A stretch of DNA of 54,774 nucleotides from a virus (Duplodnaviria; Caudoviricetes). Shown here piece by piece: positions 48,501 to 54,774 of the stretch. The position numbers and the translations under genes are program-made. Location of the stretch: the IMG/VR virus record IMGVR_UViG_3300027896_002339, positions 1 through 54,774 of that record; one strand, written 5' to 3'. The number at the start of each line of letters is the position of its first letter. The first letter of the stretch is position 1. The notes below the pieces were generated by a model. The model was not told the DNA's origin, ran no database searches, and was given only the letters and a program-made list of their open reading frames with translations.

Positions 48501-51500
48501 GCCCAGAAGGTATAATCATATTCGTTGATTCCACCATTTCTCCCATCAGCATCATAACCTGTTACTCTTTCGCCTTCGATAGTTTCTGGATAACCCTGTG
48601 CTCCTGGAGGAGATACTCTTCTAATATTTGCAGGATCTTCACAAAGAGCAGGATTCCACTGTCTCAATGATATGGATTCAGATCTAGTGGTTTTTGCTGG
48701 TTCAGGTCTTCTTTGAATCTTACTCAGCACTTTGATTTCGGTTTCATTTAAAGTTCTATCAAAGATTTTAAAATTATCAATCACGCCACCAAAGTTTCTT
48801 TCACTTACACCTTTACGTCTTCCTAACCAGATGTATCTGTCTTCCATGAAGAAACCTTGAGCAGTAGTCTTTAGAACCTGAGTATCATTAAGAATACCAT
48901 TTACATAGAGTTTAGCTACTCCATTTACTCTATCATGTTCTTCATATATATGATACCATACATTACTTTCAATATCATCTATTGAATGCATTTGCAGTGC
49001 ATCTTGGGGATAAACAGAATATGATGCATGCCAACATAAAAGTTTTCTACTAAGAGGATTTCCGTTGATTGCTGCTCTACCTCTCCAATGTAAACCACTA
49101 TCAGGATTAGCTCCATCTCCAGCATATAATACAACGGTTGAATAAATTTCTTGATCTATTGTAGCATCATCTACTTTGAACCAATAACTGAAACACATTA
49201 TTGGTCTTTCAGTAGGATAAGTATCAACTTCAATATATTGATCGTTTGTATTATTTCCATCAAAATAATAGCAAGTATTTTGATCACCGTCTCTAGCAAT
49301 CAGTGCTGGATCATTGTGAAGAATTCCATTATACCCATTTCCGCTATGATCATTAGCATCGCCGGTGAATGGAAGATCAAGTATGGTTCCTGTTATATCT
49401 TTCATCACATTCCATTGATTTGTCTTACCTATATTGTAAGGAGTCAAATCAACTGTTTTATCAATATCACATTCTCTTAAATCATTTAAAGTAACTGCAC
49501 TCGCCAACATTACTTTACCAACAACTTGTGATGGTGATGGACTAGATGATGAAGATGAAACTATTGGTTCATAATCTTTTGTAACCCACTCGTTAGATAA
49601 TAGATCGGCACTATAATTTACATACAAAGCATCACACCAGTGGAGATTATCTTTTCTTAATGCCAGAACCCACTCTTCAGTTAAACTATAAATAGGTTCA
49701 TCATTTATTAATTGAGTTAAACACACATTATGATAATTTAAATAGTAAGGTTTACCATTCTGACTTAAATCTGATCTGTTGAAATAAAATCCGTTCACTC
49801 TTTCATCAGAAAATCCACTCACATAATAGACAGCTAAACCATAAACAGAATTCAAAGGAACGATCATCTGTTTAGTTAAGTCATCTTCATAGTAACTATT
49901 GCTGGTTAATTCTTTTGTATCTGAAATATATATTCCATCATTTCTAGGAACATAATCATTGATGTTATGAAGAATCTTTGTAGTAGATATTACTTCATCT
50001 AAAACTATGGAATTGTATAACCTATCATCGAACTCTAGATTTACATTGAAATATAATAATCTAGCTCTTTTTGGTTTGAAGAAGTTTATGATATCTTTAT
50101 TTAAACCAGAATTTGTGATAGTTTTAAATATACCAGCAATATCAAAATCTGGATCCTGGAATTGAATTTTGACATAATTGGAAAGAGTGCCTAAAAATGT
50201 ATTAGCTATGTTAGCATAATCTTCTTCTGATGTTGCTGTTGAATCTATCCATTTTATCAGAACATCATTGACGCCTAGATTAATATCATTGATTCTGTTA
50301 ACTGGATTAGAGACCCACGTTGTTCCATTATATTTCCATGTTACTGGATGATCAATACTTGGATCAGCGCATACCAATATCTCTCCACCATTTGTAGTTC
50401 CTGGTAATGTAAGAAGTTCATCCGATGTTAGTACGTTAGTACCTCTTAGAATTCTTTCCGCATCATATCTATCAGTGAGATCAAGATTTGGATATTTATA
50501 ATCACCAACAAATATTTTATCTTCATTATCAAACCAATTACTCTCAAATACTTTTCTAGTCCACATTGGAGTAAATGTCATTTTACCTTCAGCATCTACT
50601 ACTTTAGTGGAGTAATCATCAACTCTAGTATATAGATGATTCTTTTCATAGTAGTTACTAAAATCTTTTACTAAATAACCATCAGGTCTGAGTAATAGTC
50701 TATTATCGTCAATATATGTTTGTAATTTTACAACATTGAACTGCTTTGTTGTTGGTACAGTTAATGGATCAATTACAATATTAAATAGTGTAGAAGATAA
50801 TATGTCCGGGTTAGTAATATATTTCAAAGCTACGCTAGAATCTATTTTAGCTTTGAAAGTAAGATGAGCTATATCAGAAGTTGATTTAACATGACCAGAA
50901 GAACTGATTGGTGCATCACAGTAAGACCAATCTGTTTCTACTATATATCTAACCCATGTATTTTTGGATACATATTTATAGATGAAACTGTGATAATAAA
51001 TTTGATATCCCAACTGCTCAGCTTTAGAAATTCCAGCTGGTGCAGGCGAATTAGGATCGACGGGACCTTCTCCAGAATCCCAATTAGTCTCCACTATAGT
51101 TCTAATCCATTTTGCTGGTGACTTACATACGTAAAGATACTGTGCATCTATACCCCAGTTCCATTGAACTGATTTAGGATACTTACCAAAATAACTAGGT
51201 TTGATTGAAGATCCATCATGCGTTTCTGTTTCATAGTAATCAGAAGCAATCCAAGAAATATAATCATAGTAAGTATTTTTGAATTCTATCTGAGCATCAA
51301 ATTCAGTAGGGATATATAAATTAACTCTGTTACTTGCATGATAAGATTTGAATTCATTATCAAATTCTATTCTTGAGATGCTGGAGTTTAAAAGAGATTC
51401 TGCATCACCAATTGTTTGAAAATATTCAAATGGTGTTTGTTTATAATCTAATTTCCTGGTACCGTTATAGAATAGAATCTCGTCCAATGTTGTGTCAGTC

Positions 51501-52945
51501 TGGTCTGGTTTGAATTGGAAATTATACGCTGTATCAAAGAAAATAGAAGGAACATTATTATCGATAGCTGAATTCCAGTAGTGGGGTGTTTCACCAATTG
51601 CCAGTGGTCTATTTAACCACCACTTAACTAGTTGATTAGTGGAGCAGTAATAGTTACTTACCCCTTTAATGTATTTTTTAACTATTGCATCTACTGGAAT
51701 AACTCCAGCAACTAGATCTGCTTTATGCCTGTAGCACCAATAAATTAACTCCTGATACGCCCATGGATATGTATATGGCTGTTCGACAACTACTCCATGA
51801 GTCGATAAAAATGTTAATAGATTAGTATACTCTAAATATTCATCTGATCTGATCTGAGCGTATGCGAATCCTAGAAATGTTTCTACTAAAGTAAGAGGTT
51901 GATTAAAACCAGTGATCCATAGATCTCTTTCAGACATATCTTGGTTATATCCGCCAACTCCGATATCTTTAGGAACCAAATTTTTGTTACCAGATAAAAT
52001 AGAGTTCATCTGGTCTGACATAATCTTTTCTAAAATTGCAATTAGAATGTTGTATCGTTCAATATTGGGATAAAAATCAATTCCAAAATAAGGAGTTAAG
52101 CTTGGTAACTTCAAATAAGTTTCCATAGCATAATCGATATCAAGAATTTCTTTAGATGAATAGTACCAATGTGGTTCAGCTAAATTTTGACTGAAGTCTT
52201 GCCAGGTTAAAAATGAATCTGTATAATGTAATGGATTACCAAGAAATTGATATTGCTTAGTTGCAGTATTAAAGAATTGTTCATCTTTTCCAACTGCAAC
52301 ACCTCTAACTCTTAGAGTTCTGTATGTATCGGGTTCTCTCTCAATCCAATACTCTCTTACTACTGCATTTCTTACATAAGCATAAGATAAAGCTTTTGTA
52401 ATAGATGCTGGTGATCCTTTAATCTTATATAGATCACACATAGCTAGTAGAAATAACTGTCTTTGAATTGTATTGGGTAATGATTTTTGGTTGACGAAGT
52501 CTATACCGAAACCTCTAATAGCTTTATCAACGTCATCATCATCTAGATTGAATGCATCAGTATTTCTCAACATTAGATCTTTTGTTGATCTTATTGTTGA
52601 TACCCAGTCGATAGTCATTGTTCTAAATAGATCCATCTCTCGGGTATTGAATGCGTAACTACCAGGGACAATTACTTTAGAAAAATACTTCCACTGTTTT
52701 TCTCTTGCTTGTAAAGCAACATCAATGGAGGGTAAATCTTTCGGAAATGATAATGATGGATGACCTTTAAAGGATTCAAAATTTAATACGTTTTGATAAA
52801 GATCTGAGGTTGATTCATAAACAATAGATTGATCTTTTAGTTTTTGGTTTAACGTGACAGTCTTCCCATCAGTTATTGTATAGTATGGATTCTGTTTAAG
52901 GAAAGTCCATAACCTAAAAAACTTATCAATGCTAACAGCACTCAT
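45596..52945 (-). CDS. very large baseplate wedge/receptor-binding protein with LamG and C-terminal leucine-rich repeats
   Basis: N-terminal LYKIKGSP.SI..AL and IINFFKP.RARL (wedge/tail-I-like); LamG GDANDHSGNG...FGGVIDNFKIFDRTL (~48725-49385); LTSLDVSG LRRs (~45760-46130). Confidence 0.75.
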   Translation of the reverse strand: MSAVSIDKFFRLWTFLKQNPYYTITDGKTVTLNQKLKDQSIVYESTSDLYQNVLNFESFKGHPSLSFPKDLPSIDVALQAREKQWKYFSKVIVPGSYAFNTREMDLFRTMTIDWVSTIRSTKDLMLRNTDAFNLDDDDVDKAIRGFGIDFVNQKSLPNTIQRQLFLLAMCDLYKIKGSPASITKALSYAYVRNAVVREYWIEREPDTYRTLRVRGVAVGKDEQFFNTATKQYQFLGNPLHYTDSFLTWQDFSQNLAEPHWYYSSKEILDIDYAMETYLKLPSLTPYFGIDFYPNIERYNILIAILEKIMSDQMNSILSGNKNLVPKDIGVGGYNQDMSERDLWITGFNQPLTLVETFLGFAYAQIRSDEYLEYTNLLTFLSTHGVVVEQPYTYPWAYQELIYWCYRHKADLVAGVIPVDAIVKKYIKGVSNYYCSTNQLVKWWLNRPLAIGETPHYWNSAIDNNVPSIFFDTAYNFQFKPDQTDTTLDEILFYNGTRKLDYKQTPFEYFQTIGDAESLLNSSISRIEFDNEFKSYHASNRVNLYIPTEFDAQIEFKNTYYDYISWIASDYYETETHDGSSIKPSYFGKYPKSVQWNWGIDAQYLYVCKSPAKWIRTIVETNWDSGEGPVDPNSPAPAGISKAEQLGYQIYYHSFIYKYVSKNTWVRYIVETDWSYCDAPISSSGHVKSTSDIAHLTFKAKIDSSVALKYITNPDILSSTLFNIVIDPLTVPTTKQFNVVKLQTYIDDNRLLLRPDGYLVKDFSNYYEKNHLYTRVDDYSTKVVDAEGKMTFTPMWTRKVFESNWFDNEDKIFVGDYKYPNLDLTDRYDAERILRGTNVLTSDELLTLPGTTNGGEILVCADPSIDHPVTWKYNGTTWVSNPVNRINDINLGVNDVLIKWIDSTATSEEDYANIANTFLGTLSNYVKIQFQDPDFDIAGIFKTITNSGLNKDIINFFKPKRARLLYFNVNLEFDDRLYNSIVLDEVISTTKILHNINDYVPRNDGIYISDTKELTSNSYYEDDLTKQMIVPLNSVYGLAVYYVSGFSDERVNGFYFNRSDLSQNGKPYYLNYHNVCLTQLINDEPIYSLTEEWVLALRKDNLHWCDALYVNYSADLLSNEWVTKDYEPIVSSSSSSPSPSQVVGKVMLASAVTLNDLRECDIDKTVDLTPYNIGKTNQWNVMKDITGTILDLPFTGDANDHSGNGYNGILHNDPALIARDGDQNTCYYFDGNNTNDQYIEVDTYPTERPIMCFSYWFKVDDATIDQEIYSTVVLYAGDGANPDSGLHWRGRAAINGNPLSRKLLCWHASYSVYPQDALQMHSIDDIESNVWYHIYEEHDRVNGVAKLYVNGILNDTQVLKTTAQGFFMEDRYIWLGRRKGVSERNFGGVIDNFKIFDRTLNETEIKVLSKIQRRPEPAKTTRSESISLRQWNPALCEDPANIRRVSPPGAQGYPETIEGERVTGYDADGRNGGINEYDYTFWAKNYPYSDDELVVKDAPKPIIGFRPSATIATDKQLQTTSDYNAPYIRYTRTVGTISVDNVGSSYSSQTIVIVEGGDGFGVIATPTISGGQITGVVVTSGGMGFTYAPTVTIFDITGSGSGALVHANLTLVSSTIPSWWNKDSSLYFSGPIFHRPVYLALQNTIHDCYPCPDVDRCCDYYDTGCRHDGPTNPQVVMWGYNSVYSSSSGSAGNQWEPGQYSDFNIKKLDYDEFTTHHRTIGFITHLDEIINPTAPVPSQITVRQYWESENSWEMNLTNPGDTYCTECDEPLFTPDNAVFTIPEEWKRCGVYHLTMTALDFEAISGYNGTWEATDALVSATSVNDFPVGYRKQLDHSLELIHVYHRDSGYYYWEMRKVAGPVLLRSELKEKLHALNEIVDENTGNWRVQQGHFLNGDDVDIAEDRWSNGAIDPSQFVGKDKSEIPQVIISGTFKTSTWIRFDVADYSKAIDSPFYQNKQGVVGEINFEELTSSTGNLYICVLSQPDVPSYLWKVSNNFEFDWSVGSESIIRPNSPNNYFGYYYRGGYIYLFINTNQYDGWVRKLATPTIPSGIEATPYFTNQWKLSDTDVYAYRYVSSADTITTLEDASICADMVPYKETYDGIRRILELVYCTCHVEDEVEISIFNYTANSAGDYIKIKTNVSGDPLREEHRFISKIYESQLPLPTTFNVSTLTSEDHYLLNKYIPFFLKDGVNKATWVRDGSDYYIRNNVIPPAPPQSTKLYSGGSYVLTGSEFSVTGSTVTYDYVHNTATIDNPSGVTAITIPSSSLNGNINITDCVNITDFTCSQCSIQELHVSGLTNLVNFSCDFNALTSLDVSGCTSLNYFTCGSNYLSSLDVSGLTNLYYFGCSSNLLTSLNVSGCSGLVFFQCHSNNLTSLDISSCGGVHYFTCSNNLLTSLSVDSILASLVAHGLVSGSATLNGTGNASPSPAGVINKNILISPRNWTVNTN

Positions 52946-52968
52946 ATTTGAAATCCTTTTAAATTAAA

Positions 52969-53238
52969 TTAAGCAGAAGAGGAGCTAGAACTATGAAAAC
53001 CAGAACTGCTGGAACTAGGAATACCTTTTGAGATATGCCACACACAATTGTTAAATCGATTAATTACAATTGGTTGACTTATAGGTACTTCTTTTGGTTC
53101 AATAGGACCATCTTTGAAATTCTGAGGAGCTAGACATTTATCTAATTGGTGTGCTGGCGGCCCAAAATCAAAATGTTGTACATGTTCGGGTTGAGCAAAA
53201 AATATACAATCAAAACAGTACACTTTTATATTCGACAT
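52969..53238 (-). CDS. small Cys-containing protein with poly-Ser tail
   Basis: CxxC...C...C; TAAGGAG SD. Confidence 0.65.
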   Translation of the reverse strand: MSNIKVYCFDCIFFAQPEHVQHFDFGPPAHQLDKCLAPQNFKDGPIEPKEVPISQPIVINRFNNCVWHISKGIPSSSSSGFHSSSSSSA

Positions 53239-53249
53239 TCTTGATCTCC

Positions 53250-54458
53250 TTAATTTTTAATTTGTTCTGATAACTGAGATAGGAGATTTTTAAATTCTGA
53301 TATCACTTTTTCTTTATTATTCTTCCATTCATCTAACCAAATTATAAAAAACTTACATCCTAGATGATCTTCTAATTCTTTTTGCCTAACAGGATCATGT
53401 TTCCTAGCCCAGGCGTATTTGTGCCACGGTTCATATAATTCAATAATTATATTCAATTCTTTGATATAACGATCCGGATGCAATTCAATAAATGTTTGAT
53501 CTTCTAGAATTGTATATGAACAGTGTTTTTGAAGTTCATCAAATATTTCTTTTTCATAATTTCCTTTTCTTGGACACCATTTAGTTTCTCCGGGATAATT
53601 TTTTAAAATTGATTCTTTCAATAATCGTCGCGCTAGTTGTCTAAATTCTGGAGTTTTTGAATAGTTATCAACACCATATCGATTCATGCATGTTTGATTT
53701 CTTTTTAAAATCACAAGCGGATCTTGCATTGACCACGAAACCCCTCTTCGATCTATATTGGTTTGTTGATGTTTTTCTTTAACTACAAGATCTTGCATTA
53801 CATTATCACAATTTCGTATAGTTTTGTTTGTTTTTATGATTTTATTTTTTATTATTTTCAATTCTTCTTGTGTTTTATTTTCCCACGTCTTTTTGATTTT
53901 ATCAAGAATTATTTTAGAGCAAGATGGTGCTGGACCCCCATATCGTTTTTCATTTGTTGCCGTCATTTTTTCTCGAACTTCTTTATTTTGAGAGGGCCAG
54001 TCTACTCCAAGAGATTTTTGGAATCCAGTCATTTGTCGTTTTTGAACTTCTGAATTTTTAGTTGGATTGTCTTGACCCCAATTATCTTGAGATGTATCTA
54101 TGGATTTTTTCTTAGCCGCAGGAGATTGACTAGGAAATTCAAAACCAGTTTTTTCTAATAATGTTCTTTTCCATTTTTCTACCATTTCTGGAGAGTTTGT
54201 TTTTCCTTTTCTAGAATGTCCATGAATAAAGATATTACCGGATTTTACTATTAAACCACACCCGCATTTGCATAAAATAGGTATCTCAAAATTTTTTTTA
54301 TTTTTTATTTCTAATGCTCTTTTTTGATCAAATTGTTTTCTAACTTCTTTGCCTTCTATAGTTCTACTAAAGTGACCCTGTCTAAATCTGCTGTATTGTT
54401 TAGTATCTCTGTTGATTTTCACTTCTTTTCCGCAGCCGCACTCACACAGCTTATTCAT
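53250..54458 (-). CDS. homing-endonuclease-like protein type B (two CxCGCG motifs)
   Basis: MNKLCECGCG and LCKCGCG; YGVD-type repeats; conserved type-B nuclease end. Confidence 0.8.
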   Translation of the reverse strand: MNKLCECGCGKEVKINRDTKQYSRFRQGHFSRTIEGKEVRKQFDQKRALEIKNKKNFEIPILCKCGCGLIVKSGNIFIHGHSRKGKTNSPEMVEKWKRTLLEKTGFEFPSQSPAAKKKSIDTSQDNWGQDNPTKNSEVQKRQMTGFQKSLGVDWPSQNKEVREKMTATNEKRYGGPAPSCSKIILDKIKKTWENKTQEELKIIKNKIIKTNKTIRNCDNVMQDLVVKEKHQQTNIDRRGVSWSMQDPLVILKRNQTCMNRYGVDNYSKTPEFRQLARRLLKESILKNYPGETKWCPRKGNYEKEIFDELQKHCSYTILEDQTFIELHPDRYIKELNIIIELYEPWHKYAWARKHDPVRQKELEDHLGCKFFIIWLDEWKNNKEKVISEFKNLLSQLSEQIKN

Positions 54459-54615
54459 GTTCAACCTCTGAAGTATTTTGAGGAATATGATATTTCTCTT
54501 CTAACGTAGTAGCAGCATCTTCTATTATCTCATATAATTTCTTATCAGCATGCGCAGCAATTATACGAAGTCTTTTATGCAATTCTTTATCAATCTGTAT
54601 AGTAGTAACACTCAT
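54451..54615 (-). CDS. small ribbon-helix-helix-like regulator
   Basis: Nearly identical to 21076..21240. Confidence 0.75.
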   Translation of the reverse strand: MSVTTIQIDKELHKRLRIIAAHADKKLYEIIEDAATTLEEKYHIPQNTSEVEHE

Positions 54616-54711
54616 AGTATCTCCTATTGTTTTATATAGTTTATATAATTTATTCATTCTATTTACTAGATCGACACTATATATATTAATAACTAGTAGG
54701 AGGTGATTAGC

Positions 54712-54774
54712 ATGAAAAAGGAAACGAAACTAGTAATAACGATCATCATAGCAATACTGGGGGTGTTGGTAGAT
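54712..54774 (+). CDS. hydrophobic micropeptide, second copy (partial)
   Basis: MKKETKLVITIIIAILGVLVD...; AGGAGGTGA SD. Confidence 0.65.
   Translation, partial: MKKETKLVITIIIAILGVLVD

Larger units (their letters stand above)
54450..54774 (-). repeat. inverted repeat, copy 2 (partner 20917-21241), truncated by the window end
   Basis: Reverse complement matches copy 1 without gaps. Confidence 0.92.

Noticed and set aside
1-54774. CRISPR array
   Set aside because: No regularly spaced 25-45-bp direct repeats with unique spacers were seen; the repeats found are dispersed gene-family segments.
1-54774. Alternative genetic code (stop-codon recoding) as in some jumbo phages
   Set aside because: Long conserved genes (terL, sheath, 2449-aa protein) are intact in code 11, and TAA, TAG and TGA all end well-packed genes.
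54450-54774. Window-end repeat as a phage direct terminal repeat or a pure assembly duplicate
   Set aside because: It is inverted, its partner is internal, and the copies differ at several positions; a contig break caused by the repeat remains possible.

Overview
This AT-rich window is part of a large contractile-tailed (myovirus-like, probably jumbo) bacteriophage genome read in the standard genetic code. The left ~19 kb holds accessory and host-takeover genes: a tRNA-Leu(UAA) 5' exon interrupted by a group I intron that runs off the window, FliW, a peptide deformylase-SEC-C fusion, a Nudix protein, a tandem metallophosphoesterase, a HAD nucleotidase, putative internal head proteins and a MoxR AAA/VWA pair. 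The right ~35 kb is morphogenesis: terminase large subunit, tape-measure-like protein, baseplate, tail chaperone, tube, sheath and a 2449-aa LamG/LRR protein. The most striking unexplained structure is a dispersed family of seven modular CxCGCG + DNA-binding repeats + Vsr/EDxHD-like endonuclease genes. Five are preceded by their own promoter motif and a small ribbon-helix-helix (RHH) gene. They show module swapping, supply start signals for downstream genes, left an orphaned duplicate N-terminus at one insertion site, flank terL on both sides, and share a ~325-bp near-identical inverted repeat that also carries a divergent toxin-like micropeptide. Also seen: a candidate +1 UUU-CGA frameshift in the tail chaperone, an ATT-initiated gene and two phage promoter motifs. 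All calls come from reading motifs by eye; no database searches were run.
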